Positions 37,938 through 47,974 of a stretch of DNA of 64,000 bases are shown piece after piece. Every line of letters begins with the position of its first letter. Position 1 is the first letter of the stretch. The position numbers and the translations under genes are program-made. The notes beneath the pieces are model-generated. The model was not told the origin of the DNA. It saw nothing but the letters and a program-made list of their open reading frames with translations, and ran no database searches. The DNA is from a virus (Duplodnaviria; Caudoviricetes), in IMG/VR virus record IMGVR_UViG_3300016476_001378; one strand, 5' to 3'.

Positions 37938-38324
37938 ATGAATAATGTTATTATCTCTGGATCAGGCCCCCTTTTTGATAGATTAACAAATCAAATTAAT
38001 CAAACCCAATTTAGATCATTATCTGATACCGATGATGCATTAAAAGTTTGGGCTGGAGAAGGAACCCCAGGCGATGATTATCAAATCTGGATTAAAAAAA
38101 CTAATCACACTGATTTTCACCTCATAATCAAAGAGCTTAAAGAAATTATTAAAAATAACCCCAACCTTGAAATGGTTGGGGTTGATAATATTCATTCAAT
38201 TCCAGTCATGCCCAACATGTGTGCAATAATGGGCAGAGACAATGTGATGAGAACATTTCAAAATCAATTTGATTTAGATAATTATTTAATAGAAAGATTT
38301 GCTGTCAGCACTGTGGACTTTTAA
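37938..38324 (+). CDS. Hypothetical protein
   Basis: TGTATAAT at 37923 followed by ATG 37938. Confidence 0.65.
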   Translation: MNNVIISGSGPLFDRLTNQINQTQFRSLSDTDDALKVWAGEGTPGDDYQIWIKKTNHTDFHLIIKELKEIIKNNPNLEMVGVDNIHSIPVMPNMCAIMGRDNVMRTFQNQFDLDNYLIERFAVSTVDF

Positions 38325-38564
38325 ATGTCATTAAACTCAAGATGTCAATGCCAAAAATGTGGTTGTACATTTTCTTTATTCACAGAAGAAATGAAACTAT
38401 TACCAACCATGAAAATAGGCTCATTACAGCCAAAGAAGATTTTAAAAACATGGACAGACTGGGTAGCACACATTGCTACAAATTGCCCCGATTGCAGAAT
38501 TAGATTTACCCCCAAAGATTGTTTAGACGATTATGAAAAGCACAAAAACCTCTTGCAAAAATAA
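38325..38564 (+). CDS. Small Zn-ribbon protein
   Basis: CQKC...CPDC. Confidence 0.65.
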   Translation: MSLNSRCQCQKCGCTFSLFTEEMKLLPTMKIGSLQPKKILKTWTDWVAHIATNCPDCRIRFTPKDCLDDYEKHKNLLQK

Positions 38565-39204
38565 AATTCCAGTAGCTATAGTATTTTTAGGACCGCCTGC
38601 ATCTGGCAAGGGTACAGCCGCTGCTTATTTTCATAAAGAATTTAATTATCAATCTGTAAGCCCTGGGGCTATTTTTAAAAAATTAAGAGAAGAAGATTCT
38701 GAAACTGCCCAACTTGTCAGAGAAACAGTAAAAGATGGTGGACTCTGCCCAGATTGGCTTACAGACAAATTAGTGCTAGAAGAGGCTACTAAATTAATCA
38801 AAAAGGGGGCCAAATCTATTACCTTAGATGGCTACCCTAGAACAGTTGAACAATTAGATTTCTTAATAGAAAATTATGATGTCAAACTATTTGTTCATTC
38901 CAATACACATTGGATGACCATGAAGAAAATGGTTGTCAATAGAAGAAATTGCAAACAATGTAAAGCATTATTTTCTGCTTTAGAACCAATTGAATGCTGT
39001 TCTAAAAAAGAATGTGGAATAAATGATCAATCTAATTGGGAAATGAGATGGGATGATACAGCAGAATTCTTTGGCAAAAGATACAATGTATATAAAAAAG
39101 AAACCTTGCCTGTAATAGACAAGGTTAAAAACTTTAATAATTACATTAAGCTTGATCTAATTAAAGATGATTTAGCTTATTCAAAGATTATTGAATTAAT
39201 TTAA
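38533..39204 (+). CDS. adk: Adenylate kinase family NMP kinase
   Basis: FLGPPASGKGT, LDGYPRT, Cys-rich LID (RRNCKQC..C..C), R.DD. Confidence 0.85.
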   Translation: MKSTKTSCKNKIPVAIVFLGPPASGKGTAAAYFHKEFNYQSVSPGAIFKKLREEDSETAQLVRETVKDGGLCPDWLTDKLVLEEATKLIKKGAKSITLDGYPRTVEQLDFLIENYDVKLFVHSNTHWMTMKKMVVNRRNCKQCKALFSALEPIECCSKKECGINDQSNWEMRWDDTAEFFGKRYNVYKKETLPVIDKVKNFNNYIKLDLIKDDLAYSKIIELI

Positions 39205-39206
39205 AT

Positions 39207-39587
39207 TTATTCCAAAGATTCAACAGGGGCTGTTGCCTGAGTTGTTGCCTGAGTTGTTGGCTTTTGGGCAGCTTGTAAATTTTGTTGTTGCTGGGCCTGC
39301 ATTACATTTTGTACTTTTCTGGTTCCCATGATAGAGCTTATGTCTTCAACCAAATCATTCATAATTGAATTTATTTTTTGCATATTATTAATTTGATTTT
39401 CTATTTCACTCGTATTAGTATTATTTTTAATCCATTCTTGCCTTTGTGCTGGCGGCAAAGACATGTAGGTTTGTATCATTTCATCTGAAATCATTGGTTT
39501 TTCTAATAAATTATTTAGTTCTTTAATCCTAGGGACGAGAGAAATCAAAGAACTGGTTTGGATTTCAAATTGGGAATTGTCAGGCAT
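39207..39587 (-). CDS. Hypothetical late protein (Gln/Thr-rich tail)
   Basis: ORF coupled to 39589-40509. Confidence 0.7.
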   Translation of the reverse strand: MPDNSQFEIQTSSLISLVPRIKELNNLLEKPMISDEMIQTYMSLPPAQRQEWIKNNTNTSEIENQINNMQKINSIMNDLVEDISSIMGTRKVQNVMQAQQQQNLQAAQKPTTQATTQATAPVESLE

Positions 39588-39588
39588 A

Positions 39589-40509
39589 TTATTTTCCTTC
39601 GTTTAGCTGTTTTTTTCGTTCCAAAACATTTATTGTATTTCTAGCTTCCTTTGAGGCTGTCAATGCTTGGTTGAATTTTTCTTGATTTTCTGGTGTGAGA
39701 GCTCTCATAACAGCATTGTGATTTGCGGGTTTTGTAATCCACTCTTCATAGCTTCCAACTTGACTAACACTAAGCATTTTTAGTGTCTCATTGGCTTTTG
39801 CAAGGTCCCGAACGGCGTTCGATAATTTTGCCTGATCGCTGAACGATAGTCCTACAACAACGCTGTGTATAGCAGCCCCACCTGCGCCTACAATTAATGC
39901 ACTCAAGGCTTTGTCTTTTCTTGCTAGAATTTCGATTTCATTAATATCTTTTAATATTTCATTAAATACAGCTTCACTTTGAGGTGCTAATTTCTGTCCA
40001 TTTATCGAAACTTGTTTTCCGGTTGCCACTTGTGTTAGTATGCTTTCCAGGGATGGAGCTGTCTCTTGTACTATAGTATTTCCTTTGCCATACACATTTA
40101 AAACATAGCTTTTTTGAAGTATTTGTGCAATTTTGTCGTTTTTCCTAAACGCAGGAAGAAATTTAACTATACTTAAAATAAGCTGAATGCCTTTAGACTG
40201 CACAAGGCCGCTGACAAGCTGAAAAATTGGATTTGAACCCAAGGTCTTTTCTGCCCTTGAAGCAACATTTAAAAATTTTAGAACTGAACCCAAGTTTTTT
40301 ATAGCCAATTGGCCCCTTGCGTCTGTGTAAATATCGCCCGCAGCAAAAAGCTTTCGTAATTCTGGTTTTGTAAGCTTGCCCAAGGCATTTAATGCCCATT
40401 CCCTGATACCTGCTGTTCTAATAGAATTCGAAGTCAAAGCATTAATATTTACATTTCTTGAAGCTTTAGAAACTCTTTGATTGTTATCTTCTTTAAAATA
40501 CTTACCCAT
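39589..40509 (-). CDS. Basic helical late protein (possible head-internal/ejected protein)
   Basis: SKA and RTA motifs; late promoter inside the clpX 3' end. Confidence 0.65.
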   Translation of the reverse strand: MGKYFKEDNNQRVSKASRNVNINALTSNSIRTAGIREWALNALGKLTKPELRKLFAAGDIYTDARGQLAIKNLGSVLKFLNVASRAEKTLGSNPIFQLVSGLVQSKGIQLILSIVKFLPAFRKNDKIAQILQKSYVLNVYGKGNTIVQETAPSLESILTQVATGKQVSINGQKLAPQSEAVFNEILKDINEIEILARKDKALSALIVGAGGAAIHSVVVGLSFSDQAKLSNAVRDLAKANETLKMLSVSQVGSYEEWITKPANHNAVMRALTPENQEKFNQALTASKEARNTINVLERKKQLNEGK

Positions 40510-40533
40510 GACAAATTTACACCTTTTTGAGTT

Positions 40534-41988
40534 TTAAACAACTACAGATAATTCAATATTCTTATCTTCAATATAGTCATCCTTCAAAGAATAAGAAGCT
40601 GGGAATGTTAAAGCAGATTCATCAATAATAACAGTGCCCTTGAAATTAATAATTTCGTTATCTTCATCAATTTCTTCATCATCATACTCGCCAAGTAAAT
40701 CAAATGCCGCTTCTGAAACAGATAATCTAACAATAGACTTTAATGCACGAGCCCCGGTTGCCATAGCAAATGCCTTTTCAACACAAGTTTCAATATAGGC
40801 CTCTGTAAATATTAAATTGTAGCCATTGTCTGCAAAGAGTTTCTTTTGAATTCTGATTGGCGAATGCTCAGTTTCAACCAAGATCTTTCTAAGCTCTTCC
40901 TTAGTGAGAGGCGCGAGAGCTACAATAGATGGGATTCTTCCAAGCAACTCGGTTAAGATTCCATAATCACCAAGGCTTTCAAGCAATACATCATAAGAGG
41001 CCTGGGACAGAATTTCATGAGTTCTCATTGCACGATCATACTCAGATTCTTTAGAATCATTTGATCGGAAACCAATCTTCTTTCCGCCATAGCCCATCTT
41101 CTTGGCTACAATGTCAGACAATCCAATAAAGGCCCCGCCGAACAAGAATAACATCTTACCTGTGTGCACAACAATTGAATCATGTGGATCCTTAGCCAAG
41201 CGAACTTGGCGCCCCTCTACAAGACGAAGTAGTGAGCTCTGAGTGCTCTTATTCATTACTTCACTCTTGCCTTCATGATGATAACTTGCAAGCTTGTCCA
41301 ACTCATCTACAAATACGATACCACGCTCAGCCAAAGTACTGATGCCCTTGGCCTTTTGAACGATTTCCATAATCATAGAATCAACATCAGCACCCTGGAA
41401 ACCAGTTGGTGAAAAAATAGTAGAATCAGATGATACAAATGGAACATTCAGCTTGCTTGCTATTGTATTCGCAAGAAGAGTCTTTCCACTCCCAGAAGGC
41501 CCAATCATTAAAACATGATGCGAGTTAGGAATTGTGTATGAATCATACTCAGATTCATTAGCGTAGTGCTCATGAACTGCAACACTAACAATCTTCTTAG
41601 GTGTAATTTGACCAACTACTGTTTTATCAATAGCTGAAAAAATCTCACGGGGATTTGGGACAATGTTGTCTTGCATGTGCTTCTTGATAAAAGAATTACG
41701 CTTAGATGCTGGAATAAGATCTAAAACCTTTTCCTTAAGCCTCCAGCCAGTCTCAGCCTCTTCAATAGAAGACAAACATTGCACAACCTTGGAGTTCAAT
41801 TCTATTTGACCAATTCTGCGACCACGCTCAAATGGAGCTAGGCATTCTTTACAAACCCAAATGTCACGATTCTGAATTGTCAGTTCTTTGCCTTTGTTTT
41901 GAACATCACCCTCTTGTGATGGCTTTTTGCAAATTAAACAGAGATTTGTATCGATGTCATCTGTTGGTGGATCTATTTTTACTTTCAA
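40534..41988 (-). CDS. clpX: ClpX-family AAA+ unfoldase
   Basis: CxxC..CxxC Zn domain, VVGQ, GPSGSGKT, IVFVDELDK, GGAF, IGF loop, GRIP, GARAL; TTG start with AGGAG SD. Confidence 0.9.
   Translation of the reverse strand: MKVKIDPPTDDIDTNLCLICKKPSQEGDVQNKGKELTIQNRDIWVCKECLAPFERGRRIGQIELNSKVVQCLSSIEEAETGWRLKEKVLDLIPASKRNSFIKKHMQDNIVPNPREIFSAIDKTVVGQITPKKIVSVAVHEHYANESEYDSYTIPNSHHVLMIGPSGSGKTLLANTIASKLNVPFVSSDSTIFSPTGFQGADVDSMIMEIVQKAKGISTLAERGIVFVDELDKLASYHHEGKSEVMNKSTQSSLLRLVEGRQVRLAKDPHDSIVVHTGKMLFLFGGAFIGLSDIVAKKMGYGGKKIGFRSNDSKESEYDRAMRTHEILSQASYDVLLESLGDYGILTELLGRIPSIVALAPLTKEELRKILVETEHSPIRIQKKLFADNGYNLIFTEAYIETCVEKAFAMATGARALKSIVRLSVSEAAFDLLGEYDDEEIDEDNEIINFKGTVIIDESALTFPASYSLKDDYIEDKNIELSVVV
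40557..40583 (-). promoter_or_regulatory. Putative late promoter within clpX (AGG-N18-AGAATA)
   Basis: Recurring motif. Confidence 0.5.
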
Positions 41989-42034
41989 TTTGAACTCCTA
42001 ATAGTTTGATAGTTTATTATGGTATTTTGCAACC

Positions 42035-44248
42035 TTATTTCTTAATTCTATTTGCAATTTTCTCTTGCAAAGTTGTATTTCTTCGGGCCTCTTTTGTATT
42101 ATTAATAGCGCTTCTTACAGCGTTAGAGGTTCCTACTACAATACAGATTCTTTTGGCTCTTGTAATGCCTGTGTAAAATAAATTTCTTTGCAGCATAGTT
42201 GTTTGTGAATCGTGCGCTAAAATAATAACAGCTGGAAATTCTCCACCTTGAGATTTATGAACTGTGATACACCAAGCATGTTGTAAATCATCTAATTCGT
42301 GCTGCTTATAGATTGTAACATCATTTAAGTCTGGAAACTTTACTCCTATTTGTACAGGAGAAACACTTTTATTTATACCTACAATTTTGCCCATGTCTCC
42401 GTTAAAGACATTTTTGTCATAGTCATTTTTAATCTGCATGACTTTGTCACCAACTCTAAAAATTCTGGGGCCACCTGAAAGCATACCAGCCTGAACCTCT
42501 TCTTTATTTGGAGCTGAAGGGTTTAGTACTTCTTGCAACTTAGGATTGATGTCATTTACACCTAAACCCTTTTCTCTCATAGGTGTGAGAATTTGAATGT
42601 CGTCAACAGTGATGTTTCTTTCATTCACCTTGACAGCAGGAAGAGTTTTTTGCACAAGATGTTTAACAATCTGAATAACATCATCAATCTTCTCAGCTCC
42701 AGCAAATAAAAAGTTTCTGCCCTTAGCTTGGCTTGGGACAACAAGATCTGGCATTTGTCCAGTAATAACATTATGGGCTGCCATGACAATAGCAGACTTA
42801 GCGTCCTGCCGGAACACTTTGTTCAATCTTACATAAGGTATCCTGTCGCTGTTAATCAAATCTTTCAAGATGTTACCAGGCCCCACAGAAGGCAACTGAT
42901 CAGCATCGCCCACAAGAATCAATCTGTCATTAGATTCCATGGCCTTAAGAAGATTATTAAACAATAGCAGATCAACCATAGATGTTTCATCAACAAGCAC
43001 ACAATCTGTTTTTAAAGGATTTGATTCATTAAATTCAAAACCGCCCTCTTGAGATACTTTTAGAAGTCTATGAATGGTTTTAGCATCTCTCATCGTAGAT
43101 TCACACAGTCTTTTAGCAGCTCTACCTGTGGGAGAACATAACTCAAATGTAATCTTATGATATTCCATTAAGGAACAAATAGCTCTAGTGATAGTTGTCT
43201 TGCCAGAACCAGGGCCACCTGTGATGATAAAGATACGATTGTTCAAAGCAGACATGATTGCCGTTTTCTGCTCATCGGAGAATGTAAAATTACCCATTCC
43301 AATAGTGGCCAAATCAGTTTCTAAATCTTGGGTGGTTTTATAGTAAGTTCTTCCCATGTACTTTGACATGTCAGATAGCATTTCCACTACATTGTTTTCA
43401 GCTTGGTTTATAGAGGAAAGATAGATCTTATCATCCTTAATAACAAGGGGCCCCTTTTTTGCCAATGCTTTCATTGCGTTTAATACATCTAATAGATTAA
43501 CATCATTCTGCAAAAGATAAGTTGCCTGTTCTCCTACAGTTTGATGATCAAGATAGCAATGACCACCCTGCATTAAAGCTGTTTCCATGATGAACATGAT
43601 TGCAGCTTCAGTCCGCGCAGGAGAATCTCTTTTAATGCCTGACTTTAATGCAATCTCATCAGCTTTGTGGAATCCAATACCACTAACTTCTGTCAGACGA
43701 TAAGGATCCTTGTCAACAACGTATTGTGAGTTCTCTTCAAAATGTGCATGAATCTTCATCGCAGCATTCACACTGATGCCAAATTTCATAAGATAAGACA
43801 TTAGCTTGTGGGCAGAGCGATTTGCAATCCATTGCTCTTCAATTAGTCTAGCCTTATTCTCTGGCAACCCAACAACTTTGTAGACCTTGGAGATGTCTTC
43901 ATCAAGAATAGAAAGCGCATTGGCCCCAAAATGTTCAGCTACTAAGCGAGCCATAGCTTTACCAATTCCATTAAATGAGGGGCCCGAAAGATAATTCACA
44001 ACGCCTTCAATGGAAGAGAATCCCTTTTCTTCAATCTCTTTGACTTTAAATTGGAGACCATACTTTGGGTGTTCTATCTTTTGGCCATAGGCACTGATAA
44101 CAACACCTGGTGCAAAATTAGGCATGTCGCCAACCAGTGTTGCAACATTGCCGCCGCTATCAACCTCTACACGAAGGATTGCGTATCCACTGTCAAAAGT
44201 TTTTTGGCTAAGAACTTCGCCCTTGATTAATTGGAAATCTGTATCCAT
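42035..44248 (-). CDS. recD2: RecD2-like SF1B helicase
   Basis: HPKYGLQF, HhH GIG motifs, GGPGSGKT, TIHRLL, VDETSM, GDADQLPSV, FRQ, TVHKSQGGE, YTGITRA. Confidence 0.95.
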   Translation of the reverse strand: MDTDFQLIKGEVLSQKTFDSGYAILRVEVDSGGNVATLVGDMPNFAPGVVISAYGQKIEHPKYGLQFKVKEIEEKGFSSIEGVVNYLSGPSFNGIGKAMARLVAEHFGANALSILDEDISKVYKVVGLPENKARLIEEQWIANRSAHKLMSYLMKFGISVNAAMKIHAHFEENSQYVVDKDPYRLTEVSGIGFHKADEIALKSGIKRDSPARTEAAIMFIMETALMQGGHCYLDHQTVGEQATYLLQNDVNLLDVLNAMKALAKKGPLVIKDDKIYLSSINQAENNVVEMLSDMSKYMGRTYYKTTQDLETDLATIGMGNFTFSDEQKTAIMSALNNRIFIITGGPGSGKTTITRAICSLMEYHKITFELCSPTGRAAKRLCESTMRDAKTIHRLLKVSQEGGFEFNESNPLKTDCVLVDETSMVDLLLFNNLLKAMESNDRLILVGDADQLPSVGPGNILKDLINSDRIPYVRLNKVFRQDAKSAIVMAAHNVITGQMPDLVVPSQAKGRNFLFAGAEKIDDVIQIVKHLVQKTLPAVKVNERNITVDDIQILTPMREKGLGVNDINPKLQEVLNPSAPNKEEVQAGMLSGGPRIFRVGDKVMQIKNDYDKNVFNGDMGKIVGINKSVSPVQIGVKFPDLNDVTIYKQHELDDLQHAWCITVHKSQGGEFPAVIILAHDSQTTMLQRNLFYTGITRAKRICIVVGTSNAVRSAINNTKEARRNTTLQEKIANRIKK

Positions 44249-44413
44249 TTTGCTAGAACCTCTTTTATTCGTTGCTATGTTATCGTGTGCCTTGAGGTAA
44301 AATAGGTTTTCAGTTTTTTGAACCCCTACTTAGAGGTATATTATCTCTTAATATTTGTTATTAATTTATTATTAAATTATTATTAAATAGGTATTTATAA
44401 ATCCGGTTTTAGA

Positions 44414-44441
44414 AGGAGTAGGATAGGAGACTCTGTAAAAT
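44414..44441 (+). promoter_or_regulatory. Putative late promoter (AGG-N18-GTAAAAT)
   Basis: Recurring motif. Confidence 0.55.
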
Positions 44442-44518
44442 AGTAATACGTGTATTAATTGAAATTATTTATCAATTATGACCTTGCTTTAAAAAACAAA
44501 TTATGAGGTTAATTCTTT

Positions 44519-44800
44519 ATGGGTGGTAATTATAATATGAGTGCTCCTGGAAGCAATGTAATAACCGATCATGGTTATGGTGAGTGGGTAGTTGTACTCT
44601 ATAACCCAAGTGGCCCCTGTGGTTTGTTCCGTGGCAATTTATTAGTTGCAAAGGACTTTCACACAATCTATGGTTATAGAACTTTAAAAAATGGTGATAA
44701 AGAAAAGAAGATTTTGGCCTCATTCCCAAGCCAAAATGTAGCTTTTGTTTATGACTCAAGATTTATCGAAGATGTAGATGGTGAGGACGTAGAGGAATAA
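44519..44800 (+). CDS. Hypothetical protein
   Basis: GAGG SD; ORF. Confidence 0.7.
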   Translation: MGGNYNMSAPGSNVITDHGYGEWVVVLYNPSGPCGLFRGNLLVAKDFHTIYGYRTLKNGDKEKKILASFPSQNVAFVYDSRFIEDVDGEDVEE

Positions 44801-44809
44801 TCTGCAATT

Positions 44810-45076
44810 ATGTGGTATTTTTCTAAAACAATCAGAACAGCCGCAAGCTCTTATGAAGAGAAAATCATAAGAGCTGATGCTGAACGCATAGCTCGAAGAC
44901 GATTATATTATCAGGGAGATGCAAATCCCAATTTACAAAAGGTTGCAAAAATCGTAGAATTAGCAATTTCAAATTTAAAAGACAAATTTGGAAACTTAGA
45001 TAAAATCAGAAGAGCTTCGTCTTCTGAAAATTTAAATTCAATAATCGAAGAGGCCGTGATAGAAATTTTGCCTTAA
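44810..45076 (+). CDS. Small MWY-start late protein
   Basis: MWYFSKTIRTAAS. Confidence 0.7.
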   Translation: MWYFSKTIRTAASSYEEKIIRADAERIARRRLYYQGDANPNLQKVAKIVELAISNLKDKFGNLDKIRRASSSENLNSIIEEAVIEILP

Positions 45077-45087
45077 AAAAACATACA

Positions 45088-45792
45088 ATGGCATCGGCAC
45101 TTGAAAAGGTGGTACAGGCGATGTCAATTTTATCAAACATTGAACAGAAACTCTATAGGACAAACTTTAAGTCAGAAGATTTAAGACAACAAGCTTATTT
45201 AGCAGTACATGCTACAGTTTCTAGAAACAAAGAGGTTTCTAGAACATACATTGTAAATAAACAACACAGCGCAAATGAGTTAGATAAAGTTCTCACTCAT
45301 TTGCTTTTCATAGACCACACTAAATGTGTAGAATTAACAAATAAGTTAATTGCAAGCTTTCAAATCTCAACTAAGCAAATCTTTTCACTCAACGCAGAGG
45401 AAAAAGAAGAATTGCTTCTTATGGTTGAAGATTTACTTTTGAATGGCTGGGGCAAAGGTGAAGTTTGTTATGAAAAACTCAGACTGTCTCCAAATAACAA
45501 ATGCAGTTTAAGCCTTTGGTTAAACACCCAAAGCATTTTAAAATCAGAAAAATATGCAAAATTATTATCATTGCTCTCTAAAAGAATAGATGATAGTGAA
45601 GTGTATTTAGACACACTTAATAAAGTTTTTACTTCAGGGAACCGAAGATACAATCCATCGATACTTTCTAAATCTTATGAATTATTATTAGAAAAGAATT
45701 GGCGCAGCAATTGGGCCCATAATTCTAATTATTTTATTTTACCAGATGAAGAGGCTCTTTTATCTAATTTAGTTTTCATGGAGGAAATTTAA
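45088..45792 (+). CDS. Hypothetical protein
   Basis: ORF in operon. Confidence 0.7.
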   Translation: MASALEKVVQAMSILSNIEQKLYRTNFKSEDLRQQAYLAVHATVSRNKEVSRTYIVNKQHSANELDKVLTHLLFIDHTKCVELTNKLIASFQISTKQIFSLNAEEKEELLLMVEDLLLNGWGKGEVCYEKLRLSPNNKCSLSLWLNTQSILKSEKYAKLLSLLSKRIDDSEVYLDTLNKVFTSGNRRYNPSILSKSYELLLEKNWRSNWAHNSNYFILPDEEALLSNLVFMEEI

Positions 45793-46377
45793 ATGAGAAG
45801 CAAGTTGATTTTAATTACAGCTGTTAGAAATGAAAAAAATCAAACTTTTATTACCCTTAATGGTAGTCAAGAAATAGTTTTAGAAAATTATTCTGGAGCC
45901 CCTATTAAAAGTGGTAGATTTTGCATAGTTTGTTTTTCCTCAAAGGGTAAATTGTTGTCATTCTATTTAATAGACTCCAAACATAAGCCTTTCCAAGTCT
46001 ATGGCAGCATTGACGCTTTAACAGAAGGCAGCAATATTTGTGATGATACAATCGCATTATTGAAAGAAAATGCTTATGCTACGCAGATTTGCGTTAGCAG
46101 CTTTAACACCTTGAATAAAAATCAGATTGAAGATAACAAGATAAAGTTATTAGAATTTGAAAGTCAAGTTTTTGATAGTTTATTGTCTCACAAAACAGGC
46201 TGGAAAACAGCTAAGAGAAAGATTATAGGCTTGCTTCAAACTGCAGATCTGCAAGATTCTATTAAGAATAGTTTTTTAGGGGCCATCAGCATAGCTCCAA
46301 TGCCCAAAGTTGCCATAAACAAAACTATAGAATTAAATTTAGAAGATTATCCGTACAGTAAGATTATTAGGTACTAG
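45793..46377 (+). CDS. Hypothetical protein
   Basis: GGAGG SD; abuts upstream stop. Confidence 0.7.
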   Translation: MRSKLILITAVRNEKNQTFITLNGSQEIVLENYSGAPIKSGRFCIVCFSSKGKLLSFYLIDSKHKPFQVYGSIDALTEGSNICDDTIALLKENAYATQICVSSFNTLNKNQIEDNKIKLLEFESQVFDSLLSHKTGWKTAKRKIIGLLQTADLQDSIKNSFLGAISIAPMPKVAINKTIELNLEDYPYSKIIRY

Positions 46378-46768
46378 GGAATAAAGCTTCTTGAGCCCTG
46401 TTAAATTGCACAGCTTGGTTTTTGCAAATTGGGCATGCACTATCTAAATTCCAAATCATTTTCCCTGATGGTAGGGTTTCAATTCTCTGCTGGCATTTAC
46501 ATCCATCATGTGGTGCTATAGGCATTACAGGATTTGGCGCTGGCCTTACTGACTGCGGTGCTGGCTCTGGAGCTTCTATAGGTGCTGTGCCAATGTCTGT
46601 ATTGATTTCCTCTGGTATTGCTTGCTCTAAATCAGGTATGGGTGATACTACATCACCAGGTGTATTTGGATCATCAACCTCTTCTTCTTCGGCAAAAGGT
46701 AAAACGCCACGCTTCTTTTCGAGAAGTTTTTTAGTTAAAGGTTTGTAAGCAATTCTTGTGTACCACAT
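46367..46768 (-). CDS. MWY-start late protein with His/Cys metal-binding motif
   Basis: MWYTRIA; PHDGCKC...W..D.ACPIC. Confidence 0.7.
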   Translation of the reverse strand: MWYTRIAYKPLTKKLLEKKRGVLPFAEEEEVDDPNTPGDVVSPIPDLEQAIPEEINTDIGTAPIEAPEPAPQSVRPAPNPVMPIAPHDGCKCQQRIETLPSGKMIWNLDSACPICKNQAVQFNRAQEALFPST

Positions 46769-46774
46769 AATTTT

Positions 46775-46802
46775 ATTTTACATTTACATTTATCTAATCC
46801 CT
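46775..46802 (-). promoter_or_regulatory. Putative late promoter (AGG-N18-GTAAAAT)
   Basis: Recurring motif. Confidence 0.6.
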
Positions 46803-46833
46803 GTACAAATGTAATTAATTATGAGGTACAACA

Positions 46834-47883
46834 ATGTCTAATCATTTCAATCCAGAAAAAGTAATCGATTTTAATATTGACTATTATGCCATCTTAGGCT
46901 TAGAAAAGGGCTGCTTGCCTGATGGCAACACCAAATCAGAGCGTGAAAGAATCACAGACATTCTGAACAGAGCTTATAAGAAAGCGGCTTTTGGAACCCA
47001 CCCTGATTTTGCAAGATCTACTGAAGAGCGTGAGATTTTAAACGAGAAGTTTAAAATGGTTGTTAGAGCCCATACAATTCTATCAAACCCTCTTTATAGA
47101 GACTATTACGAGAGTGGCGGAGAAGTTAGACCATCAACTGTAGAAGACGGTAATTCTATGGAAGTTGATTGGAGTAAGATTGGAACTTACCGCGAGGGTA
47201 TGTTGGAAGATACTGTTGGAAACACAATCTTTTTAAACATTTGTAATAGGGCCTCTAATTTAAATTTGGTTCCTGCTTTTAAGCCTTCTATGGAAGCTCA
47301 CAACTTTGAATGGGACTGGGTTGTATCAGGTGTTGAAATCCGCCCTGGGGAACCTACCAAGCTGGCCTTGGCATGTGTCAATGATGAAAGCAGTGTATTA
47401 AAGCTAACTACTGGTGAAAGCCTTGAAGATTCTTTACCTTTTAAGATTTACTTTTGCATACCGCGCGGGGCTTTACATTTTCTAAGAGAACCTGCTAAAG
47501 AGTATAGTCTTGGTGATGGCCCAGACGCCCCTAAATTCAGTCTTTCAGGCACTTTCAAGGCTGCTGTTTATTCCGACATCAATTTATTAGAATCTACTTC
47601 TATGAATGAAGTTTTAGAATACATTAAAGAAGGGGGCCAATTAGAAAAAGATCTTGAGGCCCTAAGAGATGGCACACTTGTTGAGAAACAAAGACAACTC
47701 GATAGGCAAACAAACCAATCACAATGGCTTACAACTGATCAAGTTAAAGAACTGGATGCCAAAAAGCTTAGGAATATTTTAATTGCTAAGACTTTTGTTA
47801 CAAAGAAAGATGAAAATGCAGCAAATTTCATCGACAATCTTCCTGATAATATAGTCAGGAAGAAGGCCAAATATCAGCGTTGA
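46834..47883 (+). CDS. J-domain (DnaJ class C) protein
   Basis: DYYAILGL..AYKK.A...HPD...F..V..AH.ILSNP..R..Y. Confidence 0.85.
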   Translation: MSNHFNPEKVIDFNIDYYAILGLEKGCLPDGNTKSERERITDILNRAYKKAAFGTHPDFARSTEEREILNEKFKMVVRAHTILSNPLYRDYYESGGEVRPSTVEDGNSMEVDWSKIGTYREGMLEDTVGNTIFLNICNRASNLNLVPAFKPSMEAHNFEWDWVVSGVEIRPGEPTKLALACVNDESSVLKLTTGESLEDSLPFKIYFCIPRGALHFLREPAKEYSLGDGPDAPKFSLSGTFKAAVYSDINLLESTSMNEVLEYIKEGGQLEKDLEALRDGTLVEKQRQLDRQTNQSQWLTTDQVKELDAKKLRNILIAKTFVTKKDENAANFIDNLPDNIVRKKAKYQR

Positions 47884-47898
47884 TCTTTGGCTTTTAAC

Positions 47899-47925
47899 AG
47901 GACCAAACCCCATTTAGAAAGAAAC
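47899..47925 (+). promoter_or_regulatory. Putative late promoter (AGG-N18-AGAAAC)
   Basis: Recurring motif. Confidence 0.5.
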
Positions 47926-47974
47926 TTGATACTGGGATAATCAAATCAGTCCTACAAAGGCAGGAGGAAAAGAA

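Noticed and set aside
44341-44400. Replication origin (very AT-rich, TTATTATTAAA twice)
   Set aside because: No iterons or DnaA boxes seen; explainable as a divergent promoter spacer
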